Positions 52,990 through 61,706 of a stretch of 64,000 nt of DNA are shown here, piece after piece. Origin of the DNA: Dehalococcoidia bacterium. GTDB lineage: Bacteria > Chloroflexota > Dehalococcoidia > GIF9 > AB-539-J10. Made by a program: the position numbers and the translations under genes. The notes beneath the pieces were generated by a model, which made no database searches, was not told the DNA's origin, and saw only the letters and a program-made list of their open reading frames with translations. Position 1 is the stretch's first letter; every line of letters begins with the position of its first letter. The stretch lies in the NCBI GenBank assembly GCA_030612025.1, contig JAUWOR010000007.1:1-64000 (forward strand), given 5' to 3'.

Positions 52990-53263
52990 ACTCAAAAATT
53001 CGCCTGCTTGATGAAAACTAAAATCAATCACAAAATTCCTTATAATCCTCCCTCCCCTAGCGGGAGGGAGGAAGAGGGAGGGGGAAATTCACCCTCACCT
53101 TACCTCTCTTGTAAGGAAGAAAAATTCATTACATGAGAGGTATTTTTTCACGATACCATGCGGAAGACTATAAGAATTCATGTAACATGCACCTGGTTAC
53201 ATCACCAGGGCGAGTAAACCTAGCCCACCGCCTCTTCCTCAAGGAGAGACCGCTTCTTTTTCC
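52990..53263. repeat. ~275-bp fold-back repeat, copy 1
   Basis: Highly similar to 55502-55776; internal inverted arms and a ccctcacc-type REP. Confidence 0.85.
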
Positions 53264-53365
53264 TAACGGAGTTTGTTAAACGTTCTGCTATTCCGAAAAG
53301 AAGCGCCAATCGAATTCTAGAGAAATTAAATGAACAAAATACAATTAAACTTACGTGATTATCCC

Positions 53366-53394
53366 TTGACAACAAGTAATCCCTATATTATAAT
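53366..53394 (+). promoter_or_regulatory. Consensus sigma70 promoter of the transposase, likely leaderless transcript
   Basis: ttgaca-17-tataat; ATG starts 7 nt downstream with no RBS. Confidence 0.75.
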
Positions 53395-53400
53395 GGAAGC

Positions 53401-54249
53401 ATGAAGAAATACACAATAGTAGATTTCAACAAAGATTTCCCCGATGATGACGCTTGCCTACAATGGCTAAAGAACTATCTTTATCCTAATGGTATCTTCT
53501 GCAAACAATGTGGAATGGTCACAACACACCACAAAGTAGGTAAACGGCCGTGCTATGCCTGTGCCCGATGTGGTAGTCATGTTTACCCGATGGTAGGGAC
53601 TATCTTTGAGAAATCCGTTACACCGCTCAAGCTCTGGTTCTATGCTATCTTCCTTATAAGTTCTACTCGCTGCGGTATATCAGCCAAGCAACTTCAACGA
53701 GAGTTAGGAGTTACTTACAAAACAGCTTGGCGTATATTCCATGCAATTCGCTCCCTACTACGAGAGGACACCAAGCCTATGTCCGGAGAAGTTGAAATAG
53801 ACGAAACTTACATCGGTGGGAAAGCTCATGGCAAGCGTGGCTGTGGTGCCGGGAATAAGACCCTTGTATTCGGCATGGCACAACGACAGGGCGACCTGAA
53901 GGCCTTTGCAACTAGCAACGTCAAACACTCAACTATCTATCCTATTATGAAGCAGCATATCTTACCCCAAAGTATGATTTACACCGATGAATTTACGACG
54001 TACGATAACCTAAACCAACAAGGTTATCATCACAAACAGGTGCATCATGCCTCAAAAGTCTACGTTTCTGGCAATGCACACACCAATACAGTCGAAGGCT
54101 TTTGGAGTGTATTAAAGTGTGGTATTGATGGCGTGTATCATGCCGTAAGTGAGAAGCACTTACAAGGTTATATCAACGAGTATAGTTTCAGGTATAATCA
54201 CAGGCAAGATGATAAGCCTATGTTTAAGACGGGTTTGGAGAAGATTTAG
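53401..54249 (+). CDS. IS1595 family transposase
   Basis: CKQC/CARC Zn finger, GISAKQLQRELGV.YKTAW HTH, VEIDETYIGG, YTDE, HTNTVEGFWS, EYSFRYN. Confidence 0.95.
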   Translation: MKKYTIVDFNKDFPDDDACLQWLKNYLYPNGIFCKQCGMVTTHHKVGKRPCYACARCGSHVYPMVGTIFEKSVTPLKLWFYAIFLISSTRCGISAKQLQRELGVTYKTAWRIFHAIRSLLREDTKPMSGEVEIDETYIGGKAHGKRGCGAGNKTLVFGMAQRQGDLKAFATSNVKHSTIYPIMKQHILPQSMIYTDEFTTYDNLNQQGYHHKQVHHASKVYVSGNAHTNTVEGFWSVLKCGIDGVYHAVSEKHLQGYINEYSFRYNHRQDDKPMFKTGLEKI

Positions 54250-54340
54250 GCTTTTCTATTCGGCGACAAGCCTTCTTTAGGGCGAAGCTAAAGCTCTTCT
54301 TTGTAGTAGAGATTTGCTTTATGTCTATCGGTTTTGTCAT
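54224..54340 (-). CDS. Putative 38-aa basic protein coupled to mazF
   Basis: ATGA overlap with the mazF stop; MTKPIDIKQISTTKKSFSFALKKACRRIEKPKSSPNPS. Confidence 0.45.
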   Translation of the reverse strand: MTKPIDIKQISTTKKSFSFALKKACRRIEKPKSSPNPS

Positions 54341-54714
54341 GGCTCTATAATACGCAACCTGTCATCGAGTCCTAGGCTTATTTGTAGAGCTTTATCGACT
54401 TCGTCCATTTTCTCTTTACTCAGTTCACCACACTTATCACCCAGTCGTGACTTTTCTATCGTCATTATTGTTGCCAAATTAATATTACAACCCTTCGGTA
54501 ACCCACTCTCCTGAGCCGTTACAGGCACAAGGAAAGGAAATGGCTTCTCTGGGGCAGTACTACAACTAGCAACAATTGTTGTTGGGCTGACTTCATTTCC
54601 AATATCATTTTGAATTATTAAGGCTGGTCTTGTGCCTATTATTTCAGTACCCCTACCAGGACTCCAATCTACCCAATATAATTCCCCACGCCTACACTTA
54701 ATCGCCATTGCCAC
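54337..54714 (-). CDS. mazF: MazF/PemK toxin
   Basis: RGELYWVD.SP..GTE..G.RPALIIQND.GN, IMTIEK.RL, VDKALQISLGL. Confidence 0.93.
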   Translation of the reverse strand: MAMAIKCRRGELYWVDWSPGRGTEIIGTRPALIIQNDIGNEVSPTTIVASCSTAPEKPFPFLVPVTAQESGLPKGCNINLATIMTIEKSRLGDKCGELSKEKMDEVDKALQISLGLDDRLRIIEP

Positions 54715-54715
54715 A

Positions 54716-54961
54716 TTATTTCCACTCAGGCAAGACCTCGTGTGCTATTTCCATAGCTTCTCTCGCAACTTGCAGGTTTCCCTCTGCCATGACTCTATAA
54801 CCCTCTACCATCTCCTCACGTAAACGCTTATCTGCAAACTCCTGCAAACACGTAGAAAACACTTTGCTACGACTTACATTCCACTCGTTTGCAATTTCAT
54901 CGATCAATGCGATTAAGTCACGAGGCACACTAATAGTCAACTTCGCCACCTTCACAGTCAT
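54716..54961 (-). CDS. Ribbon-helix-helix antitoxin (MazE/NdoAI-like)
   Basis: KLTISVP, VSRS, MVEGY.VMA; directly upstream of mazF. Confidence 0.85.
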   Translation of the reverse strand: MTVKVAKLTISVPRDLIALIDEIANEWNVSRSKVFSTCLQEFADKRLREEMVEGYRVMAEGNLQVAREAMEIAHEVLPEWK

Positions 54962-55139
54962 AACTTTCCTCCTTACATTATGTTATGATATATTTGGAGT
55001 AAAAATATAACTTAACAAAAATTATTTGTCAACTTGCGTTGATGGGATAATCACGTAAAATTATTAAAGAGGGAAAGGGAACAAGACCGCCAGTTTTCAT
55101 ATTTTCAGAATTAATCGAAATCGTTGGGTAAAGAATTTG

Positions 55140-55412
55140 TGCGTGTCATAAATGGCGTGCAACCCCAATAGTGCGCCACAAAATAGAAATTATGGCGTGC
55201 AAGCAATTTAGTGGGACATAGATGGCTCGCAAATCGATTTTTTGTCCAATATCCCTAGAAAAATGACTTGTGGGCGATATTGTGCATCATAATCGGCAAT
55301 TTTTGGCACACAAAAAGATTTGTGTGCCATTTTGGAATGCAAAGACGATTAGTGTGCCACAATTCTTGATTTATGGCACACAAGAAGGTTTGTGGGACAT
55401 AAATGAGACACA
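55140..55412. repeat. Array of alternating inverted 10-bp motifs (tgtgtgccat / atggcacaca)
   Basis: Two ~92-bp blocks (55140-55231, 55321-55412) with six motifs each at matching offsets. Confidence 0.75.
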
Positions 55413-55501
55413 AAAGGCAGTTTGAGACTGCAATGCAACGATATTCGGCAGAAATAAAGAGAGGGTAGTCAGGTCTGGCACTACCTCAGCTAAAGCGCTG
55501 C

Positions 55502-55776
55502 ACTCAGAAAATCGCCTGCTTGATGAAAACTATAGTCAATCACAAAATTCCTTATAATCCTCCCTCCCCTAGCGGGAGGGAGTTAGAGGGAGGGGGAAAT
55601 TCACCCTCACCTAACCTCTCTTGTAAGGAAGAAAAATTCATTACATGAGAGGTATTTTTTCACGATACTATGCGGAAGACTATAAGAATTTATGTAACAT
55701 GCGCCCGGTTATATCACCAGGGCGAGTAACTTTGCTCCGACGGTCTCTTCCTCGTGAAGAGGCCGTTTTCTTTTTT
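55502..55776. repeat. ~275-bp fold-back repeat, copy 2
   Basis: Matches 52990-53263; ends in cggtctcttc/gaagaggccg + T-run. Confidence 0.85.
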
Positions 55777-55882
55777 CTATGATTCTCAACGCATAAAGTA
55801 TATCTTCAAATGGCGCTAAGGCATATTAGGCCGATGAAGTTTAAGGAGAGCCTAAAGATTTATCGAAGGCTCTGAGCTCTAC

Positions 55883-57334
55883 CTAAAACCTAGTTTTTCG
55901 CCGCACCTGAAACGTGAATGAAAGAAGTTTCTCGAGAAAGTCATTTACCGCCTTCGACTTGTCATTATAGGCTATCGTCTCTTTACCAATCATGAGGGTA
56001 GCATAAGCGAGTTTTGCCTCTTCTGACCCTGCCATTTCCCGCTTGTAGTCAGGGTTGACTTTATTAACTTGGACAACGCCGCTCAGGAAACGACTATGAT
56101 GCGAAGGGCCATCCTCGAAAGGCACCTCCGCAAAAGCAATTCGCATACCACCCGGGCGTGAAGTGTCACCAGGCTTAGTTGACCGAGTTCCTGTCTCCCT
56201 TCCCTTGTGGGTTCCCGTATGTTGACTGATAGGTGCCTTTTGCCTTCGTAGTCCACCAAGAAGCTCTAAACCTTTGAAATCTCCTTGATTAAGGATTTCC
56301 CTCGCAAGCTCAATCGCCCTCCGTTGAATCTGTGTAAGCTTTTTCTCCTCCGCTTCCAGCCTTAATTCGTCTACCTCATCCTCAATCGAAGGGCGGAGCT
56401 TGTCAAGTTCTAACAAAAATTGGATCCAGTCCTGATTTTCTTCAAAACCAGTCCTTGCAGGAAGTGGCTTAAGAAAGTCAGCATCAATATAACCCTTGAG
56501 AAATCCGCTTGCATAAACGCTTTCCTCAAGACCGTAGGCTTGAATCGCCTTCACATCATCAACTACAGGAATCCCAGTGTGCCGAATGGAAACTTTGCTT
56601 TTCCCGGAAGCATCAAACCAAAATTGACAATTAAAAACCTTTTGCCAGTCGCTTGAAAAATGCACTTCTCTAAACGCTTCCCCAACACCGGGGAGACTTA
56701 TTTCTAATGGTTCCACCTTATAAATCTTGCCAGCGCAAGTTATCGTGATTTTTAAATTCCCTTCCCTTAGGTAAGCATCAAACTTTTCAGCGAACACATG
56801 CTGTAGTCGTTCCGCTCCTAAGGGGCCACGCAACCTTGTAGGGTCATGCTGTAACCCAGCGATAACGATAGTCATCCCGGGTTCCTTGCGAGATTCTCTT
56901 TTAGTCGCTGTTTCTATCTCAGCATCGTCAGACTGCTTTCTAAGAACAACCTTAATAGTGGGCATGCCTTTTGCTTTCTTGCTATAAAAAGTGCAACTTG
57001 TTCCAACCTGGTTGAAGGCAAAAATCCCAATGCCTAATTCTCCAATTTGAGGTATAGTTAATCCCGGCTTTACTGAATCAGCAACTTTATCAAGTGCTGC
57101 CTCAAATTCCTTCTGGGCCATTCCCGGGGAATTATAGTCAATAGTTATCTTTCCCTTCTCAAGAAGGTAACCTACCTCGCAGGGTCCTTCCATTTCTCCT
57201 TTATCTCTAGCCTTTCGCCATTCATCCACAGCATTGCTAATATATTCTTTGATAGCATCAGCAGGGTTACGATAAAGGCTTCCAATATAGGTGAGAAGGT
57301 TAGCCATGTTTCCTCGGATTTTCTTCTTTGCCAT
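55883..57334 (-). CDS. GHKL/MORC-like ATPase with S5-like domain and coiled coil
   Basis: KEYISNAVDE (motif I), NSPGM, IGELGIG, GMTIVI; GYIDADFL; ELRLEAEEKKL coil. Confidence 0.75.
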   Translation of the reverse strand: MAKKKIRGNMANLLTYIGSLYRNPADAIKEYISNAVDEWRKARDKGEMEGPCEVGYLLEKGKITIDYNSPGMAQKEFEAALDKVADSVKPGLTIPQIGELGIGIFAFNQVGTSCTFYSKKAKGMPTIKVVLRKQSDDAEIETATKRESRKEPGMTIVIAGLQHDPTRLRGPLGAERLQHVFAEKFDAYLREGNLKITITCAGKIYKVEPLEISLPGVGEAFREVHFSSDWQKVFNCQFWFDASGKSKVSIRHTGIPVVDDVKAIQAYGLEESVYASGFLKGYIDADFLKPLPARTGFEENQDWIQFLLELDKLRPSIEDEVDELRLEAEEKKLTQIQRRAIELAREILNQGDFKGLELLGGLRRQKAPISQHTGTHKGRETGTRSTKPGDTSRPGGMRIAFAEVPFEDGPSHHSRFLSGVVQVNKVNPDYKREMAGSEEAKLAYATLMIGKETIAYNDKSKAVNDFLEKLLSFTFQVRRKTRF

Positions 57335-57340
57335 TTCTCT

Positions 57341-57793
57341 TTACCTCCCTTTGAAGGATTGAAATTGGATTGTGGTGAGGGCGAGCCACCTTATAAATTT
57401 ATCCTCCTCACTCATCATAGCAAGGAGACTAGAAATATAGCCTATATCAGATGCATCAAGTTCTTTGCGAAATACCTCTCTTGCATCAGGGTTATTGTCT
57501 CGAAACCACCGTAGTTCGTCTTCAAGTAGAAGTAAAAGATATTTAATTTTTTCTGTTCTGTGCCTTGCCTCTTCAATCTGGCGATAAACCTCGGGCCTTT
57601 CTTTGCTTTCTAGGAAAGTTCTAATCTTAGTCAAATTAGCTTCAGAGGGTTTCCTGGCACCTTTACCATGTTGAAACCACTTCTTAATAGTGCTATAGGG
57701 AATCCCAAGCGTGTTAGCGAGCTCTTTTCTTGGAATACCAAGCCTCTTAGCATAAGTATCCAATCCCAAAAGCACTGTTTCTATTGTTTCCAT
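57341..57793 (-). CDS. XRE-type HTH protein with a helical C-terminal domain
   Basis: RKELANTLGIPYSTIKKWF...RKPS; 6 bp upstream of the ATPase. Confidence 0.75.
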   Translation of the reverse strand: METIETVLLGLDTYAKRLGIPRKELANTLGIPYSTIKKWFQHGKGARKPSEANLTKIRTFLESKERPEVYRQIEEARHRTEKIKYLLLLLEDELRWFRDNNPDAREVFRKELDASDIGYISSLLAMMSEEDKFIRWLALTTIQFQSFKGR

Positions 57794-57849
57794 CGTTTAT
57801 CCTTCGTAGTTCCTCATTCGCCCGCTCCAAATCCGCTAGTTGGGCTATC

Positions 57850-58068
57850 TCATCCTTGCTTCTCAAGGCCCTTGGCTATCGCCTCATATTCAAAAGGAAA
57901 TTTATTCCTGAACCATGCCCTATATACCCATTTATGGCATTCACAAGCATTGATCTTGGCTATTCCATCAGATTTAAGTTCTGGATTACAAAATGGGCAA
58001 ATCCTGTTATCTGTAATTTTCAGTTCGCTTCTATGTAATGCTTTTTTGATCCAACCAGCTTCTGACAT
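57850..58068 (-). CDS. Small putative Zn-ribbon protein
   Basis: CPFC...CECH. Confidence 0.55.
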   Translation of the reverse strand: MSEAGWIKKALHRSELKITDNRICPFCNPELKSDGIAKINACECHKWVYRAWFRNKFPFEYEAIAKGLEKQG

Positions 58069-58156
58069 TTTTAGCTTCCATCACAAGGTGCAGTTGTCCA
58101 AGTAATCGTAATTGTAACACTTGCAGAGGAATTATTCGCTTCACTCAGATTGCTAG

Positions 58157-58267
58157 TTACTCATTATCAGGAATACTGGTATCAGTAGCAGAAGCACTGC
58201 TATCAGAGATACCTAAGCAAACTGCTATCAACACCAGAGTAACTAAGACAATCAACTTTTCCATCAT
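58157..58267 (-). CDS. Putative 36-aa secreted peptide precursor
   Basis: MMEKLIVLVTLVLIAVCLGISDSSASATDTSIPDNE; signal-like h-region, ASA site, purine-rich upstream. Confidence 0.45.
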   Translation of the reverse strand: MMEKLIVLVTLVLIAVCLGISDSSASATDTSIPDNE

Positions 58268-58300
58268 TCCTACTTAGTCTGGCTCCTGTTCACTCAATTT

Positions 58301-58663
58301 CTAGCTATCCTGCTGCCTAGTATTTAAGGTATTGGCTTTAGCATTTTTGCCTGTGTGGGCTTTCTCTTTCCTGAGCTTCCGCCACGTTAGCGAACAATAT
58401 ACTACAAGGCTGAAGCCAAGTGCTATGAAAAAATATGCGTCGAACCATCGCCAATGAGGACTTGCTTGCATTGTAACGAGAATACTAATGCCCAGAAAGC
58501 AAATTGCACCCCCTACACCTAGACCACTCATAATAGCGGTCTGCTTATGTTGTGTTTTAGCTTCCTCCCTCATAGATTGAATCTTATTTTGAATATCAGC
58601 TAATGTAACGTTATCATTATTTTGCTCCCCTGACATGTCTTTCTCCTTTGTCGTATCAATCAT
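58301..58663 (-). CDS. Hypothetical two-TM membrane protein
   Basis: Coiled N-terminus, two hydrophobic segments, basic tail; likely start at MSGEQ. Confidence 0.65.
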   Translation of the reverse strand: MIDTTKEKDMSGEQNNDNVTLADIQNKIQSMREEAKTQHKQTAIMSGLGVGGAICFLGISILVTMQASPHWRWFDAYFFIALGFSLVVYCSLTWRKLRKEKAHTGKNAKANTLNTRQQDS

Positions 58664-58860
58664 TTTAGCCGAATTATACCCTCAACAAACCTCAAATAGA
58701 AGAGCCGTTAAGTTTGGGGATAGATAGTTTGAGGCTTTACTGTGGGCTTAAGGTTTCACCTTCAAGGGATAGCCCATAATCCTAGAGTTTTCAACCATAT
58801 CAGGAGGTCAAGATTAGTCTGAGGTCATTTCGTGGCATTTACCCTGTGCAGTAAGAAATG

Positions 58861-59310
58861 CTATGTTTCCCTATTCCTCTTTTTCGTCTCAACAGAGATG
58901 TCTACGGGTATATCAGAAACGCCTTCCCAGGCATTCTTTTCTTCATTCCAAATTTGGGTACGAAAGCTATACATCCCCGATTCACTAACCGGGAAGTTCG
59001 CCACATTCCTTTTTGTTCGTAATCGCTTATGTTTGGAAAGGTCGATAGGATATTCGTTCTCAACTACGACTTTCCCAGTAGGACTTAAGATGGTATCTTT
59101 ACCACGACTATGGCCGGGGTACTCAATTGGTTCCCGTTGCCACGTGGTTACCCATGCGATCTTCACAGGAAACGGAATCATAGGCTCTTCTATGTTGCTT
59201 TCCGACGTCGTTATGCGCACTTCCTCAAGAACGTCAAACAAACTTACGTTATTTGATTCTTTATCTATGACAGCACGTAAACATATGACTGTCCAAATAT
59301 GCCGAATCAT
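58861..59310 (-). CDS. Hypothetical beta-rich protein (DUF6941-like), third gene of the TA operon
   Basis: HIWTVIC..A.ID..SNNVSLF, SPTG, FP..ESG.Y.F; 6 bp after the antitoxin. Confidence 0.7.
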   Translation of the reverse strand: MIRHIWTVICLRAVIDKESNNVSLFDVLEEVRITTSESNIEEPMIPFPVKIAWVTTWQREPIEYPGHSRGKDTILSPTGKVVVENEYPIDLSKHKRLRTKRNVANFPVSESGMYSFRTQIWNEEKNAWEGVSDIPVDISVETKKRNRET

Positions 59311-59316
59311 TTATTA

Positions 59317-59739
59317 TCATGCCTCCACGGGAGTAAAATCCCGAACACTATTTTCTGAACTAGATACAACGACTTCGCTCTTTTCACCAGCCCATCTATA
59401 GTCCAGTATATCAGCCTCTTCTAATTTGCGACTCTCTACACTAGGTTGGGGACTGGATATTAAGGGAACTGCCTTTGTTGAAAGACGTAGCCCTAGGATC
59501 GCTAAGATTTTCCCAATCCTTCCGATTGTAGGATTTGCGTCTCCTGCTTCTAGCTTGGCTATGTATGATTGGCTTGTCCCTAAAGAGCTTGCCAAGTCTG
59601 TCTGAGTACAACTGGCGATGCGACGTGCTCTAGCCAAAGTTAAAGCAAACTCACTTTTTGCGGCAGCAGCACCAAACTCTTGAGCGAATTCCAAATCTGC
59701 GAGTTCTCTCTCTAAATCTTCCTTGAATGTTCTGTTCAT
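59317..59739 (-). CDS. HigA-like XRE antitoxin with a C-terminal extension
   Basis: TQTDLA..LGTSQSYIAKLEAG.ANPT, followed by a ~50-aa polar tail. Confidence 0.85.
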   Translation of the reverse strand: MNRTFKEDLERELADLEFAQEFGAAAAKSEFALTLARARRIASCTQTDLASSLGTSQSYIAKLEAGDANPTIGRIGKILAILGLRLSTKAVPLISSPQPSVESRKLEEADILDYRWAGEKSEVVVSSSENSVRDFTPVEA

Positions 59740-59748
59740 AAGCCCTCC

Positions 59749-60087
59749 TTATTTGTTTGAGCGATATTCATTCAATAGGTCACGGGCTTCGTTAATCTGT
59801 CCAGCCTCGCGCCTCCTCTTTTTTAAGAAGCCATTCAACAAGACAAATTTATTGTCTTGTTTGTCGTAATACACAATAACCCTACATTGGCCCCCTACTA
59901 ATTCATATAGGTGACCCTCCCCGATAACCGACTTTAGCATGTTTGTACCAAGAAGCTCCAAACCATATTCTCCAAGCTTCTGTATCTTAGCCATAATGAC
60001 AGCCCTTGACCTCTTCTCCAATTTATCAATCCAATCAACTATAGGTTTGTCACCATTAGGCCTTGTATAATAATCAACTTGGTACAC
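59749..60087 (-). CDS. RelE/HigB (Gp49-like) toxin
   Basis: YY...NG..P, LYEL, RVIVY, FVLLNGFLKK; toxin-first order; upstream ttgaca-17-tatatt. Confidence 0.85.
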   Translation of the reverse strand: MYQVDYYTRPNGDKPIVDWIDKLEKRSRAVIMAKIQKLGEYGLELLGTNMLKSVIGEGHLYELVGGQCRVIVYYDKQDNKFVLLNGFLKKRRREAGQINEARDLLNEYRSNK

Positions 60088-60450
60088 GTCTAATATAACC
60101 CCTTAGGTGATATTTGTCAATACCAGCCTCCTTTCATGGCGGCCGTGGGTCCCACAGTCTTGGGACTCAATTAACTGAACTACTGCTCAGGCAAAGACAG
60201 AGTTCACCAAGTAATCGTAATTGTAGCACTTGCTGAGGAATCAGAGATACACTAGGTCGGTAAGGTTTGAGGATAAGTTAAGGCTTTGTCGTAGGCTTGA
60301 GGCTCTGTCTACAGATGGCGAAAAAGACTAAATCAGATCTGAAGGGTGTTGGAGCATGGAGGAGTAACTTTTGAGAACGGATTTGGCTCTTGGTGGCAAA
60401 CACAACAGTACGCTATATTGCGCAATTGAAAAGGATTAACAAACCCAAGT

Positions 60451-61538
60451 CAGTTACTTAAAGTACTATTACTAAGTTGTGCCAACTTGAGTTTATAGAT
60501 AAAACCCACATATTTTCTTAGAATACTTACATCGTTGTTGAGTAAATCCAAATTACTTTCTAAATCTGCAACTAAAGTGTCTATTCCCTCATCAAATTTT
60601 CGCAATGAATTCGAAACTTGCTGAGTATAATGAATGAGCCCTACGCAAAAATCGTTGATTCCCTTCAACTTTTTTTCGTTGCTTCTTATCACTTCTGTGA
60701 ATTTGTCGGTATAATCTAGCTGATGGAATAGGACAATTTTAGGGATGTCTTCTTTTCTAATTGCTTTGTTCTGGTTTTTGTCAAGATATTCAACAAACTT
60801 CTTGAATCGAAAAAGTTCTTTTTTGTAAGAACAGAGTTGCTTTCTATAGGTAGTTAGTTTTTTAAGAAGCTTTTTCTTTAAATTAATATTTCTCTTCTGA
60901 ATTCCACTTATTTTATTAGAAGCAAAGTAAAATTGTTTATCTGATAAATACCCATAAGTTGTTGTGGATGTTTGTGTTAAGATAACATAGTTTTTTGTTT
61001 CCTCAACTTTGCGGCCAATCTCCATGACTTTCGAAAAGCCTAAAATCATAGCTGTAAGGTCAGTGTAGACCTCGTTATCCTTTTCTTTATGCCACAAGGA
61101 ATGCAAAAGGATATGAGAAAGTTCGTGCGCCATAATAGCCATAAATGTTTCAGGGTGTTCTAGGCAATTATCGCTGATCTTTACGGCTATCGGGAAATTT
61201 TTTAACTCTGATGTGCCATATAAGGGGAGATAACTTGGAATAGAGACTTGAGCAGTAATGCTCTCTATCCCTCGGCCAGCATGGTCTGTCTTGGCTAAAT
61301 CAGTACTCTCAAATCTATTACTGTAACTTCGTGGCTCATATTTTGCCGGCACATAGGAAAGATTGATTGCAATGGGTAAGCCCAAATAATTTGCGATGTT
61401 TCTTATACATCCCTTTATATTTCCTGCGCGGAAGGGTTTATGTAGTATCTCCCTGGGAATCTCTTCTTTGACTCCCAGTAGGTTAACTAACTCATCTATT
61501 GCATTATTAATGTATTTGTTGGCTATACTATTACCCAT
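60451..61538 (-). CDS. HExxH metallopeptidase-like (ImmA/IrrE-like) protein with a coiled-coil C-terminus
   Basis: IMAHELSHILLH...NEVYTDL..MILGF, YGYLS. Confidence 0.6.
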
Positions 61539-61557
61539 AATTATTATCTTAGGTCAA

Positions 61558-61692
61558 TTACTGTACTGAATTGGTATTATCTGATACATCTACACTGGTA
61601 TTCACCTCATCATCGGCAATACTTGATAAGAGGAAGCCTGCTAACATTATTAAGCAACCAAATTAAGCGACCAAAACAATCAGGCTTTTCAT
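61558..61692 (-). pseudogene. Paralog of the 58157 small signal-peptide ORF with an internal TAA
   Basis: ggag RBS; MKSLIVLVA*FGCLIMLAGFLLSSIADDEVNTSVDVSDNTNSVQ. Confidence 0.45.
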
Positions 61693-61706
61693 TATCTCCG
61701 TCTACG

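Larger units (their letters stand above)
53351..55058 (+). mobile_element. IS1595-family element carrying passenger mazEF genes
   Basis: Perfect 15-bp TIRs ttacgtgattatccc (53351-53365) / gggataatcacgtaa (55044-55058). Confidence 0.9.

Noticed and set aside
53133-53279. Small protein ORF (MRGIFSRY...) inside the 275-bp repeats
   Set aside because: Differences between the two copies are mostly non-synonymous and the C-termini differ; RNA/DNA structure explains the conservation better
55140-55412. CRISPR array
   Set aside because: Repeats are 10 bp, degenerate and alternate in orientation; spacers are too short; no cas genes
58832-59401. 189-aa plus-strand ORF and other long antisense ORFs (e.g. 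21768-22373, 25517-25975)
   Set aside because: Shadows of well-supported genes on the opposite strand, with no recognisable motifs
61663-61665. Stop-codon recoding in the second small ORF
   Set aside because: TAA is used as a normal stop throughout the window; a local ~13-bp duplication or mutation explains it
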